From the IMG/VR virus record IMGVR_UViG_3300020157_000001, positions 27,206 to 91,205 of that record: a stretch of DNA of 64,000 nucleotides; one strand, given 5' to 3'. The translations under genes and the position numbers were made by a program. How positions within the stretch are numbered: the stretch's first letter is position 1; every line of letters starts with the position of its first letter. Of the stretch, positions 18,401 to 27,951 are shown one piece after another. The notes beneath the pieces were generated by a model. That model was not told the DNA's origin and did no database searches. It saw nothing but the letters and a program-made list of their open reading frames with translations. The DNA is from a virus.

Positions 18401-21400
18401 AAGCTGCTGCCCAAGTAACGGTTGGGTAAACGGCGGGGGCCGACCCCAATCCCAAAACAATGGTGGTAGAGGTAATGTAGAACCAGTAGTCGTTGCCAAA
18501 CCCTTTAGCTACCATAGCAGGAGAAGTACCTATGGTGTCGTACCAGTCGTCCATTGCAACACGGCACACGATTTCTACATCACGGTTACGCTCTATACGA
18601 GCAAAGTTTGTATCAGCCTGAGTTAGGCTAACGGTTGCAGCTAGAGAAGATCGTTCTGTAAACGATTGAGTGAACTGTGTTTGTTGGGTGAAGTCGGCAT
18701 CTATAGCAGCGGCTACTGATGCTCCTCCGATACCATTTCGTACCTTAACATTATAGATTCGCCCACTGAAGTTTCCTAACCCACCATCACGGCTTCCAAA
18801 CTGAACTTGTTGAGCGCCTGCTGTTTCTGGGGCAGTAGCGATTGTCCCCGTGCTGGAAGCTGTCCATGTAGTAGGTTCGTATGCTTGATCGGCTGCGTAG
18901 TAAAAGGACACGGAACCACCTGTTGAGGCACGGGTCACCTTGTACCAGCGAGTTGTCCCCACAACGAAGATGCCAGTGGTACTAACGGCGTTAACAGCCC
19001 AGTTGTTAGCGGAAGTTGAGTAGTGGGCAAGAACAATCTTGCTTGGGTCCGTCCCGTCCATGAGGACTCTCCAAGCAGTGTCTCTGACAACTAGTGCAGC
19101 GTTTGCGTTAACACTAGCGGGAGTGCATCGGAACACTATTTCGTAGTCACCGGGAAGGTCATAGGCGGTGTTAGTGGGGACAGCAACCCTGTAGCCGCTT
19201 GCTTGTGTACCGTGCAAAGACAAGAAGGTTGTTCCACTAGTAATCTTTGATGCGTTGCTAGTGCTAGCAACGGTAACTAGCGCGTTGTTAGCTGACCCTT
19301 CATTAAAGGTGGTTGCAAGTGCTACCTGCTTTGAGAAGTCAGCATCAAATACTGTTGCGCCAGAAGTGGTGTTACGGACAATGACACGGTAGATCTTTCC
19401 AGAAAAGGGGCGAGATAGTCCTGTCATATTACCGATACGCAAATCCATAGTATTATCTGCGATGGTAGTAACCGTGGTGTTTCCTGTGCCAATAGCTGTC
19501 CAAGATGTAGGTTCTATTGGCGAGTCCGCTGCCCAGAAAAAGGCATAAGCTCCGGTTCCCGTAGTCCAAGTTACTCTACCCCAAATGGGTTGACCTGCTG
19601 AAGCGTTGTGGGGGCTAGAGGAAACACCTTGGTTTGTGGTTCCATTACTTATTTGAAAGTTAAAAACTCCACCACTGCTATATACCTCATACCCACCACC
19701 GCTGGGAACACCTGCTCCATTAAGCTTAGAGACAATACGACCTCCAACAGCGGAGGTGTAACTATCAGCAGCAATCCTGAAGACTATCTCTACGCTGCTG
19801 CTTGGCATATCCAGTATGGTGCCGTTATCGGGGGTAGTTGCGTAGTTGCCGTCTATACCAGCCAACGATAGGAAGGTTGAACCGTCAACTATTTGCGCCC
19901 CACCTGCTGCTGTAGCTAAAGCTTTGCAGCGTGATTGGTCGGGGATAACTGTGGCACCGATTTCTGCCGAACTGAAGTCGAGATCAAGGACGGGGTTAGT
20001 CGATGGAGAGGATGGCCTAATAATGGTTCGGTACAACCTGACGTTGCCACCACTACCGGATACAGCTCCAATTGTAAGTGAGCTGGTGTTTGCACCCAAC
20101 GCCCCAGAAGTGACACCCCCCGTACCATTAGTTGCTGTACCCCATGAGGTTGGCTCAGTAGCTTGATCTGGTTGCTGATAAAAAGTAACCGCACCAGTAG
20201 AAGTGAATCGAACGACCTTTAGCCAGAAGGGGGTGCCTAGGGGGTAAGAGAAGCCAGAAGCTATCGCGTACTGGGGAGTACCGGGAGTGGCGGAAAGCTC
20301 TGTGCCGAGGGAGATTCCTCCGGTACCTAGTAACGATAGGAAGAATCCACCTGACGCTCCTAATCCCAATCCCTTTGTGATAAGAAGGTTGTCGTTAGTA
20401 AGGGCGGTATTGGCGAGCTTGTCAACTTGAAGCCTCATTACTATTTCAATAGTAGAAAGGTTGAACTGGTTGAGCACGGCATCGTTAGGTATTTCTACTC
20501 GCGCCCCACCTCCTGTACACGCCAAGAAGTTAGTACCGTTAGAGCCAAGTAATTCCATTGCTCCGTTGTCTGGTATAACAGCATAGTTGTCAGCGCTCTG
20601 ACCTGACGCGCCAACCACGCTACTGGTGGAGTAAAAGTAGTTCTCACCTGTGTGGGTAAGGAGGAGGGGGTCGTTAGTGTCAGGAGTACTTGAGCTACCA
20701 ACCTTTGCAACAAGGGCGCGCCCCCCAGTACCAAGGTTACTAAGGTATTGAGGAGTATAAGTAGACAAGGCTGTCCCCGTGAAAGGTACTGATACTTGAT
20801 TACCTGAGGTAAGACCTGTAGTGAAGTCAACGTCTACAACTGTGGGGCCACCACTTCCATTGCGAATAATGGTTCGGTAAATCTTCCCAGCAAGTGGAAG
20901 CGTTGATCCCGATTCTACGGTTCCTATTTCCAGAGGAGAGGTAGTCTGGAATACACTCAAAGATGCGGAACTTGTAGCAGTAAGAGTAGTGGTATAACTT
21001 GATGGTTCAGCCTGCCCTGTATCTACTGAGTAGCCAACAACCAATGTCCTTGTTGAAGGGGTGTACCTAGCCCGAATCCAATAAGAACTTCCATCGACTA
21101 GGGCGGGGGAGGGGACACCAGTAGTCTCCGAAAAAAAGGTGGATACTCCATCGGTAGAAACAAAGAACTGGAAGTTACCCGTTGCAGTCACTCTGAGGTG
21201 CCATGAATACTGGGTTGCCCTCCACTTACCAACTAGTATCTGACCTCCGGTAGGAGTCCAGTCGTCAAGGGATACACGCATTACAATTTCAATGACACCA
21301 GTCAAAGCCAACGACGGGTTATCGGGAATGGAAACATAGTTGCTTGCAACTCCCGGAAGGTACAGGTGGTTAGTACCTGTGTGCGGAAGGAGGAGGGGGT

Positions 21401-22544
21401 CGTTACCATCTACTCCAGTACCAGAACCGTAACGAGCGTTAAGAACAGACCCACCAGTACCTTGGTTGAGTGCAGCCTGCTCAGCGTTGACTGCTCTACC
21501 AGCATCAATGAAGAACTCAGCCCCCCGTAGAAGGTTAAGAGCAGTACCAGCAGTACTCTCACCGGGGTATGCCTCACGCCATACTGGGTTGACTGATGCA
21601 TTGGTAAGACCAGTCTTGGGGGTCGTGATGTAGTTAGCACGCTGACTCTGAATTGTGTACTGATGGTTTGTGTCGTTGTAGATTACGTTGCTTCCGGTGA
21701 TACCGCCTATCATCTGCTTAACAGCAGCGGGGGTTCCCTTGCTACGCTTGTACACACCGATGTTGTCAACGATGCCACGGAGACGCTGCTCACCAAGTTG
21801 TGACCCTTGGAGAGCGACGTTCATCAGGGATGCCAATGCATCCAAGGTCTCACCGTTAGCTACAAGTGGGTCACTTGAAATCATTACGTAATCTATGAGA
21901 GTACGTAGGTAATCCATATCATACCCAATGATGCTGAGGTACTTGAAGAGGGGGCCGACCTTATCCCCATGCGTCGTACCAATGTTCGATGAGTAGTTGG
22001 TAGTACCCTGCCGTATGTCTGCTGTGCGGGCGTATTCGGGAAGCTGATTCCACAAGGTAAGAGCTGACCCGTAATCTACTGGGACTAGGACTTCCAACTC
22101 AGCTACTTTGACAAAGTAGTTATCACCAGCGGTAGAGGTGTAGTTAATGAACAGTCCGTAGTATGCCCAAGACCCACTAGCCAAACTATCGTGCGTGAAA
22201 TCGCTGATACCGTTAGTAGTGCTAACGATTCGCTGACCGGACGATACAGTCTGAGGAACACCCGCTGGGGAATACACGACTGCAAGAGATGTCGGCCCAA
22301 CCGCAGAAGAGGCAGTTACTAGCGGTACTGACCAGTCAAGAAGAACAGACTGGTAAGTAATGGTCGTAGCGCTAAAGGTGCTCAGACCTGTGGCGGCGGC
22401 AGGAAGCTGAAGGCCGTCAGCACGGAGGGCACTGTCGTAGTCAGTACGAGCAGGGAATGCTCCACCTGTTACTTCTGGGTAACGGAGGAAACCACCTGAC
22501 CCGCTAGAGGGCAGTTGGCGTAGAACAAAAGATACTCTTGCCAT
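15432..22544 (-). CDS. Giant baseplate wedge/receptor-binding protein: P2 gpI-like region plus about nine LamG/concanavalin-like domains
   Basis: LWNQLPEY..PLFKYL..YKRSKGT wedge motif; repeated EIVxR..DDW, EPTxW, GKIYRxIIRN, DSFTx..RQW, FRRALTATE motifs. Confidence 0.8.
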   Translation of the reverse strand: MARVSFVLRQLPSSGSGGFLRYPEVTGGAFPARTDYDSALRADGLQLPAAATGLSTFSATTITYQSVLLDWSVPLVTASSAVGPTSLAVVYSPAGVPQTVSSGQRIVSTTNGISDFTHDSLASGSWAYYGLFINYTSTAGDNYFVKVAELEVLVPVDYGSALTLWNQLPEYARTADIRQGTTNYSSNIGTTHGDKVGPLFKYLSIIGYDMDYLRTLIDYVMISSDPLVANGETLDALASLMNVALQGSQLGEQRLRGIVDNIGVYKRSKGTPAAVKQMIGGITGSNVIYNDTNHQYTIQSQRANYITTPKTGLTNASVNPVWREAYPGESTAGTALNLLRGAEFFIDAGRAVNAEQAALNQGTGGSVLNARYGSGTGVDGNDPLLLPHTGTNHLYLPGVASNYVSIPDNPSLALTGVIEIVMRVSLDDWTPTGGQILVGKWRATQYSWHLRVTATGNFQFFVSTDGVSTFFSETTGVPSPALVDGSSYWIRARYTPSTRTLVVGYSVDTGQAEPSSYTTTLTATSSASLSVFQTTSPLEIGTVESGSTLPLAGKIYRTIIRNGSGGPTVVDVDFTTGLTSGNQVSVPFTGTALSTYTPQYLSNLGTGGRALVAKVGSSSTPDTNDPLLLTHTGENYFYSTSSVVGASGQSADNYAVIPDNGAMELLGSNGTNFLACTGGGARVEIPNDAVLNQFNLSTIEIVMRLQVDKLANTALTNDNLLITKGLGLGASGGFFLSLLGTGGISLGTELSATPGTPQYAIASGFSYPLGTPFWLKVVRFTSTGAVTFYQQPDQATEPTSWGTATNGTGGVTSGALGANTSSLTIGAVSGSGGNVRLYRTIIRPSSPSTNPVLDLDFSSAEIGATVIPDQSRCKALATAAGGAQIVDGSTFLSLAGIDGNYATTPDNGTILDMPSSSVEIVFRIAADSYTSAVGGRIVSKLNGAGVPSGGGYEVYSSGGVFNFQISNGTTNQGVSSSPHNASAGQPIWGRVTWTTGTGAYAFFWAADSPIEPTSWTAIGTGNTTVTTIADNTMDLRIGNMTGLSRPFSGKIYRVIVRNTTSGATVFDADFSKQVALATTFNEGSANNALVTVASTSNASKITSGTTFLSLHGTQASGYRVAVPTNTAYDLPGDYEIVFRCTPASVNANAALVVRDTAWRVLMDGTDPSKIVLAHYSTSANNWAVNAVSTTGIFVVGTTRWYKVTRASTGGSVSFYYAADQAYEPTTWTASSTGTIATAPETAGAQQVQFGSRDGGLGNFSGRIYNVKVRNGIGGASVAAAIDADFTQQTQFTQSFTERSSLAATVSLTQADTNFARIERNRDVEIVCRVAMDDWYDTIGTSPAMVAKGFGNDYWFYITSTTIVLGLGSAPAVYPTVTWAAASRPANGTTLWLKVTRSASAGVTTFYYAPDQVAEPTTWTTIGANTDTRIVNTRANTGYPMGFGATTQNTSGTWYGSMTGKHYRAIVRNGIAGQAIVDIDFTKQITSGTQTSIPVAGSSSQLIKNLGATGSALNAKAGKYATASDTSDPLHLPFYGDKYWYQPGLTSGANYMSTPSTTDVCITGDIAVAVQVQLDDITSERGLLGKRASGVDSSFNNYQLNAHSSATLGGTLAFVWNTAAGTSGAAYGIVPHGIPAGKKMWVGASLDVDNGAGGFTCRFYRSSDGVNWTNYETVTTSGVTNIRASAVPVNVGGDNAGAAFTAGKYYAAKIWSGLDMTANPVLNWSANDMGQTGGTSNGRVWTASRGTSGRRGVLVEAPVWLFGGDDFMEAPDHADINFAVGDSFTVIAVTRQWNTIQTNGQLVTKGAYTSLINTPGWLLYNSGTTTSTKFLVSDTAASPNVASAVAPTAGTINVMAGVRDRANLLLRTYNNGTASTTVSDTTTSTLTNTSPLRIGSQLGTFFGTNTDFELIAVAVFKSALSAAQITTITNHYTTAFDSAAVTILNTAKFWIDAASSQQKALVVRSTTGHKGATVVRPTFLFGGNDYMSIADNDLLDFALTDSFTMVAALRQWGSPSNDVRIFSKGSAGTPSSPTISFLQKSSFGTSLRIDAGTTGQTSESLSPVPAAGALTVFSGVRNASTDSLVTYSGASAGASVTDITTLGVANAAPFLIGSDYGGGTPVYFGEFEMYGAAVFRRALTATEVALINTHYQGEETAESVALLSTAVLWIDPARSSQEMAINRSTAAGKKAVAVTRPTWLFGSSSYMEVPDNDLLDFSATDSFTVVGVVRQWGTTPADTRIAMKWSNVGVSSGWYLTNGNPSSTQFMAITGDAGGTIAAGNTTATTGTVNTVIGVRDTATDQVTLYTNGVAGTPVTDFTVGTLANSGPMTIGRQDIGGAQYAQMELLAVAIFRRALTATEIAAINTYYGTV

Positions 22545-22547
22545 GGG

Positions 22548-24005
22548 TTAAACAGTTCCTCCAGATGTGGAGAACGTATAGCTACCCTTTTTAGGTAGCT
22601 TTAGAACGTCTATCAATATGTAGCTTTGAACTGCTGTACCGGGGTTTGCGTCAAACTTGGTAATGATCGCATAGTCCACACCAGTAACATTGTTTATTAT
22701 TCGGTACACCTGACCGAGGTGAATACGCTGACCAAAGAATACGTTGTCAAACGAGAACAATTCGTCTAGGGCGGTAGACACGGCAGTCTGGACATCGGCC
22801 CGAACAAACCTGTCCTGAACGACCAAGGTGATACCAAGGTCGATGTATGTCCAAGCAACAGCGGAAGCACTGAGCACACTCACGCCAAGAAGGGCGAGTG
22901 GTTGGAGAGTGTTGATAACTGCCAAGGAAGTTGCTGTAGAAACAGTTTCCGCTGACGCTGTAGTGGTGAGATAGTCTGACCTGTAGATCTGAGGATAGAT
23001 GGTAACGGAAGAGTTAGAGCTTGCCCCACCCTGCACGAATGAGAGCGACGCTTTAGCTACGCCCGGTACTTGCGATGCAAGAGCGATGAAGTCAGCGCGG
23101 GTTACAGCCCTGTTGTTGGTACCAGATATGGCTGGGATAGACCGCTTCATTGATGTGATTGATTCGTTGTCTGTGCCTCCTGTAAAGGAAGTACTAGACG
23201 TAATGGAGATACCAGTGGGGGTAGTCCCCGAGAACGCAGTGATGCAGTTAGCAGGGATGTTACCATCTGCGCCTGATGACTCTGTGTAAGTAGCTTTGAT
23301 CTTGGCTCCGGTAGGGGGGACGAAACCGTTTAGGTAAGTTCCAAAAATAACCTGAGTAGAACCGTCAGCAGCAGAGTAAATAGCGAATACCCGGTCTCCG
23401 GTGGGGGCATCAATGATCCGAGTAACACGTCGGTACTGGGTAGCAGTCAGTCCGTCCTCCAGTACATACACATAGATCGAATACGGATCAACATTGGTCG
23501 TGGTCAGGGAGTATCGCTGCCCAACGGTGCCGTCAGAACTTGAGGCAAGAACCTCTTCTACGTGGCGGGTACCCTCAGATACTGTTACCGCTGCGTTGTT
23601 TCCTGCGTTGATAGTTACGTTGCTAGTGGTGTAACACTGGTAACTCTTGCTGTTGTACTGAGCAATAAGGGGTGTGTACTGCGGCACTGAAATAGACGCT
23701 GCGGTTGAGTTCGTCAGGGTCAAGGTAGATACTGCACTGCTGCGCCCCCGAGGGGTGTAGTCCATAAGGTTAGCTATAGCAAGAAGACTTTCTCGCTGTG
23801 TAGCTGTGGTTATGGAAGTCTCCCCTGCTGCCCGATCAATGTAGTAGTGCATGATATCAGCAGCGTGCGCCCACAGGTCAACAAGCAACATACCGAAGTC
23901 AGAAGGATCTCGCTCTGTCCATTCAGGCATAACTTCTGTAGCGCGAGCCAACATATCCGCACGGATAGTATCGAAATCTCTTGAAGTGTAGTTAAATGCT
24001 GCCAT
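22548..24005 (-). CDS. Baseplate wedge subunit (T4 gp6/P2 gpJ-like)
   Basis: NYTSRDFDTIR..PEWT..SDFG, GGTDNES, RAVTRADF..VPGVAKA. Confidence 0.88.
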   Translation of the reverse strand: MAAFNYTSRDFDTIRADMLARATEVMPEWTERDPSDFGMLLVDLWAHAADIMHYYIDRAAGETSITTATQRESLLAIANLMDYTPRGRSSAVSTLTLTNSTAASISVPQYTPLIAQYNSKSYQCYTTSNVTINAGNNAAVTVSEGTRHVEEVLASSSDGTVGQRYSLTTTNVDPYSIYVYVLEDGLTATQYRRVTRIIDAPTGDRVFAIYSAADGSTQVIFGTYLNGFVPPTGAKIKATYTESSGADGNIPANCITAFSGTTPTGISITSSTSFTGGTDNESITSMKRSIPAISGTNNRAVTRADFIALASQVPGVAKASLSFVQGGASSNSSVTIYPQIYRSDYLTTTASAETVSTATSLAVINTLQPLALLGVSVLSASAVAWTYIDLGITLVVQDRFVRADVQTAVSTALDELFSFDNVFFGQRIHLGQVYRIINNVTGVDYAIITKFDANPGTAVQSYILIDVLKLPKKGSYTFSTSGGTV

Positions 24006-24007
24006 AA

Positions 24008-24397
24008 CTAGAAACCAGTCTCTTCTGATAGGTCGCCGGGGAGAGCGACGCGGAAGGTTGTCTGGCGGGCAGGTGCCAAAGGAAACTTGTAGTACACAGT
24101 TATGTCCGCTTCTGAATCGTTTACTCCAACAACTTTTACATCCATAAAGATAATACCACTTATTCTGTCTGACAGTTCCGTCATTGCTTCCATACGGAAG
24201 TCTGCTGATATCAAATCGTCAATGGGGCCAAACAGAAGCTGGTTAATCCCCGCCCCATATGAGGGTATGCCAATACGCTCATACCTATCAGTGGTAAGTA
24301 CGTTGAGCATCTTTTGTTCAGCCTGAGTTACAAGGTCTGTTGTCTGTCCAATGTGCCCACCTGTAACTGAGAAGGGGGTCAATATTGTTGTTGGCAT
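24008..24397 (-). CDS. gp25/gpW-like baseplate protein
   Basis: LTTDRYERIGIPSYGAGINQLLF motif; synteny. Confidence 0.8.
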   Translation of the reverse strand: MPTTILTPFSVTGGHIGQTTDLVTQAEQKMLNVLTTDRYERIGIPSYGAGINQLLFGPIDDLISADFRMEAMTELSDRISGIIFMDVKVVGVNDSEADITVYYKFPLAPARQTTFRVALPGDLSEETGF

Positions 24398-24410
24398 TAG
24401 TTAGATCCTG

Positions 24411-24551
24411 TCAGGGGGCTTTGAGGGATGCGTTCTCTTCTTCAAGTTCTTCTATACGAAGAATAAGTAGAGCACGCTCTATGATGTGGGGCGCATCGCG
24501 CTGGATGATCGCTAACACTTTGTTTCCGTCGATCTCTTTATTGTCTGACAT
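24411..24551 (-). CDS. Small coiled-coil protein
   Basis: AGAAAG RBS; LRIEELEEENASLK. Confidence 0.6.
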   Translation of the reverse strand: MSDNKEIDGNKVLAIIQRDAPHIIERALLILRIEELEEENASLKAP

Positions 24552-24626
24552 TTTATGTACCTTTCTGGGTTGAGTGAATACTACACGCCCGCTACTGGAT
24601 GCCAGCAACAGTAAGGCGACTCTTTC

Positions 24627-26576
24627 TTATGGGATTTGGGTCTCAAGGTATTCTATTCTGGTCAATGCACCTTGCAGAGCACCGACTACATCTGCGATCG
24701 TTGCAAATAAGTTCCACATGACTGGTACTGCATCGTTTAGATCAGGTTGGTTATCCATTAGCTCAATAGACAAAGTCCGATACTCGTCTTCTGGGTCAAC
24801 CCACCCCCAAGAAGCTAGGTAGTGATCAACTAGAGCGACCTCTTCTGCGACGAAACCTCTCTGAAGATGCAGCGAGGTGTACTCGTTATCGTCAGATAAA
24901 ACGCCCCTCTTGAAATAGAACTCAACTGGACGTAGACCCATTATCCGAGCAGTTGAATCTGAGTTCGGGATGCTTTGAATACGCTCTTTCAACACCTGCC
25001 GAGATGCGACTGTAGTCATAACTCCGAAGCCGTCTGGAGTGCAAACATTTCCTCCGTTAGCTACGGCCATGTTGATGGCTACAGCTCCACTTGTTCCGTT
25101 AATGGCTAGACGCTGCGCTCCGTTCGCATTCATGGAGACTCCTCCGGCTGTTATCGTGAACCCTCCGGAGCTAACGGTCAAACCGCCTGCAACGGTCACT
25201 ACGGTATTACTTACCTGAACTTGATGACTGGCATCGTTAGCCGGTCCTCTTATGTATGTACCTCCTGAACCAGAACTAATAAAAGTATCCGATGTAGTCA
25301 TTAGCATACCGTAACCATTACCGCCCGTCATTCCTGTAACGGTTATAGCGGAATGAGCTGTCGATAGGGTTCCACCGGGACTCCACACGGTACCTAGTTG
25401 CATTTGGGGGCTTCCACGCCCACCAATCAAGGCGTTACCAGTGCTGGTGCTTATTTCACCATTGGTAACCGTGAACGCTCCAGCGTTTACTGTTAACCCA
25501 GAGGAGTTTACCGTAGTACGGGCGGTTGTCAGTGTTCCATCCCTTACCTGAACGGAGGTCGCCCCAATTAAGATCAGGGGGGAACCGGAGTCAGCAACTA
25601 AACGAACATCCGAACCGACAACCCCCTGCAAATACCCAGTTCTTACAGCTGCACCTGTATCCCACATACTTAGGTAAGGGTTATTGCCAGACATGCGTAC
25701 CGCTTCACCTGTAGCTGCGAACGTAGACATTGCAGAAGCTATAAACGATGTCGTCGTAAGAGCGCCAGTAGGTGCAAGGGAAGCAATACTAGTAGCATTA
25801 GAGAACCATTTGAAAGATGCTCCTGTGGGGGCTGACGACCATAAAGTGCCACTGTTTATACCTATGGCGTAATCAGCATTAGAAGCGTCTAATGATGGGT
25901 AAAGAACTGCCTTAGTTCCTACTGACCTAGTGGTAGTAGCGGGGGCACCAAGACCAGCGTTGTTCCACTCCAACCAGTTAGATGTAACGCCCCCTAAGGC
26001 TAACTTGACTCCAGCAGCATTGTTTAGAGTAGCGGAAGCAAAGGTAGGAGCAGACGTAGTGTTAATGCTTTGCGGGGTTGATAGAGTAACGGAGTTAGCA
26101 GCGTGGGTAACTACTACTTGATCGGTTGTTCCTGCAACTGTCTTGTACTCGGGGGCCGTGGCAGCAGCATTCATGCCGACTACCTGATTGGCTGTTCCCT
26201 TTGCTAAACGAGTGAACGCAGATGCCCCCGTGGTTGCAGCATAGATAGTGTCTCCTGCAACATATGCTGAGGCACCAGTGCCCCCCTTAGAGGTGACAAG
26301 GGTAGTAGACAGAGTATCAGCGATTCCATTTCGCTGTTCCGATACAAAGAACACTCGGTCAGACACTCGGTTAGATGCTACAAAAACTGTGGAACCTACG
26401 GCAGGCACGTTGTAGAGACCAGCGACCATGGACAGTCCGATGTTGGATACATAGGTAAGAACCCCCGCTCCAGTTAGTTCAGGTATCTCAACTTGGCATA
26501 TGCCGGTAGAGGCATTAGTTACTCGTACTACGGCTCTGTGCGCTACATACCCTACGGAATGGTTAGACGTAAACAT
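24627..26576 (-). CDS. Central spike/fibre: gp5-like OB fold, beta-rich fibre, C-terminal peptidase S74 chaperone
   Basis: RAVV..CQVEIPEL..VPAVGSTVFV; SRQVLKERIQ..LRPVEF..GFVAEEV and terminal coiled coil. Confidence 0.75.
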   Translation of the reverse strand: MFTSNHSVGYVAHRAVVRVTNASTGICQVEIPELTGAGVLTYVSNIGLSMVAGLYNVPAVGSTVFVASNRVSDRVFFVSEQRNGIADTLSTTLVTSKGGTGASAYVAGDTIYAATTGASAFTRLAKGTANQVVGMNAAATAPEYKTVAGTTDQVVVTHAANSVTLSTPQSINTTSAPTFASATLNNAAGVKLALGGVTSNWLEWNNAGLGAPATTTRSVGTKAVLYPSLDASNADYAIGINSGTLWSSAPTGASFKWFSNATSIASLAPTGALTTTSFIASAMSTFAATGEAVRMSGNNPYLSMWDTGAAVRTGYLQGVVGSDVRLVADSGSPLILIGATSVQVRDGTLTTARTTVNSSGLTVNAGAFTVTNGEISTSTGNALIGGRGSPQMQLGTVWSPGGTLSTAHSAITVTGMTGGNGYGMLMTTSDTFISSGSGGTYIRGPANDASHQVQVSNTVVTVAGGLTVSSGGFTITAGGVSMNANGAQRLAINGTSGAVAINMAVANGGNVCTPDGFGVMTTVASRQVLKERIQSIPNSDSTARIMGLRPVEFYFKRGVLSDDNEYTSLHLQRGFVAEEVALVDHYLASWGWVDPEDEYRTLSIELMDNQPDLNDAVPVMWNLFATIADVVGALQGALTRIEYLETQIP

Positions 26577-27708
26577 TTACTGTCCTATATGAGCTAGTCC
26601 ATTGGTCATTGACATAGGTTGGCTTGGGGGGCAGTGAGTACGCTTGAGTACCTTTATCCCACAATACATCTACTTTGTTCTTGCGAAGGTCTAAGGTTGT
26701 AACAAACATTCCTGTCCTAAGGAAATGTCGAACACCTTCTACATACCATAGTCCATCAAATAGCCCGTCATACCTATCCAAGTTAACTATCCCACCGGGA
26801 AGTGCCCCAAGTAATCCAATTACAACTGCTGTTGCGGTGTAGTCGTAGTCTTCTCGTTGGGTGGATTTGAGGAGTCGAACAGCTTGGTCGTATGTGTTAA
26901 CAGCCGTATTAAGAGAAGTAGTTATCTCCCCAGCAACATCTAGCTTCTCAACATCGCTGGTAGAAACATCAAAGATTACGCCTAAGTCGGTATGCACAGT
27001 GGTGCTGGCATCTAGGTACGTGCCGTCTATTGTCATTCTAGAAAACTTTCCATCAAAGGAAGTGATCTGTCCGGGGGAAGGCTTAGACCCCGTACGAGTA
27101 ATGGTGGAGATCTTATGCACGGAAGTGCTTCTTCCAAAGGCTTTGTGGGGGTCAAAGATATGCATATGGGTACCGTGTACGGTTACGCAATACCCCATGA
27201 TGTCACAGTACCTAACCAAGAACTGCCAATCGGATTCGTTGGATTGAGTAAGGTTTTCAAATACCAGATCGTCTTTTGGTACGTCAAGAGACAGTCCGTA
27301 TGTACTACAGAACTCTCTGGCTACGTACTCCAATGTGTTATTGGCCCACACTCGGCTAATCATTCCCCTCATTTTGTAGGAGGTTCCGAAGCAGACAAAC
27401 ACTACCTCTTGAAGGAGGCTTCGGTTAACCGTTCCGTCAGCGGTAACAGACAACGGTTTAACGAATTCTATAGTTCCATAGAACTCTGATACATATGAGG
27501 GGCCGCTATCCATACGGACAAACACAGGCTTACCTATGTACTCAGTAACGAATCGTGCAGGAACTCCAGCCATAGTTACCTCGCACATATCGTGTGAGTC
27601 AGACTTAAGGTCAATAGTTACAGCAACAACTGAGTTGTAATCGACAGGTACATCACCAATGGTAATGGTAAGAGTTGGAGATATGCCTGTGGCGCTCTGA
27701 CGGATCAT
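26563..27708 (-). CDS. Baseplate hub (gp27/gpD-like)
   Basis: QSNESDWQFLVR, FDGLWYVEGVRH. Confidence 0.82.
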   Translation of the reverse strand: MIRQSATGISPTLTITIGDVPVDYNSVVAVTIDLKSDSHDMCEVTMAGVPARFVTEYIGKPVFVRMDSGPSYVSEFYGTIEFVKPLSVTADGTVNRSLLQEVVFVCFGTSYKMRGMISRVWANNTLEYVAREFCSTYGLSLDVPKDDLVFENLTQSNESDWQFLVRYCDIMGYCVTVHGTHMHIFDPHKAFGRSTSVHKISTITRTGSKPSPGQITSFDGKFSRMTIDGTYLDASTTVHTDLGVIFDVSTSDVEKLDVAGEITTSLNTAVNTYDQAVRLLKSTQREDYDYTATAVVIGLLGALPGGIVNLDRYDGLFDGLWYVEGVRHFLRTGMFVTTLDLRKNKVDVLWDKGTQAYSLPPKPTYVNDQWTSSYRTVNVYV

Positions 27709-27950
27709 CTAGGAATCCGTAGATAATCCCCAACGACAAGATCTTCGGGGAACTTAACCTGAGGATTGATATCAGCAATCTCCCACCAACGGCGATCATT
27801 GCCCAGAAGACGAGCAGCGACATTGCTAATAGTATCTCCCTGAGCAATTAGGTGTAGGGAGTACTGAACACCGTCAGTATTGACTTTGACAGAAGCTGTC
27901 TGTCCAGAAGCGTCTAGTGCGTAACGAGAGGTGGTGTCAAGTGCAACCAT
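27705..27950 (-). CDS. LysM/gpX-like baseplate protein
   Basis: QGDTISNVAARLLGNDRRWWEIADINP..GDYLRIP. Confidence 0.85.
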   Translation of the reverse strand: MVALDTTSRYALDASGQTASVKVNTDGVQYSLHLIAQGDTISNVAARLLGNDRRWWEIADINPQVKFPEDLVVGDYLRIPR

Positions 27951-27951
27951 A

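Noticed and set aside
15432-22544. Diversity-generating retroelement acting on lectin domains
   Set aside because: No reverse transcriptase or adenine-specific TR/VR pair seen in this window
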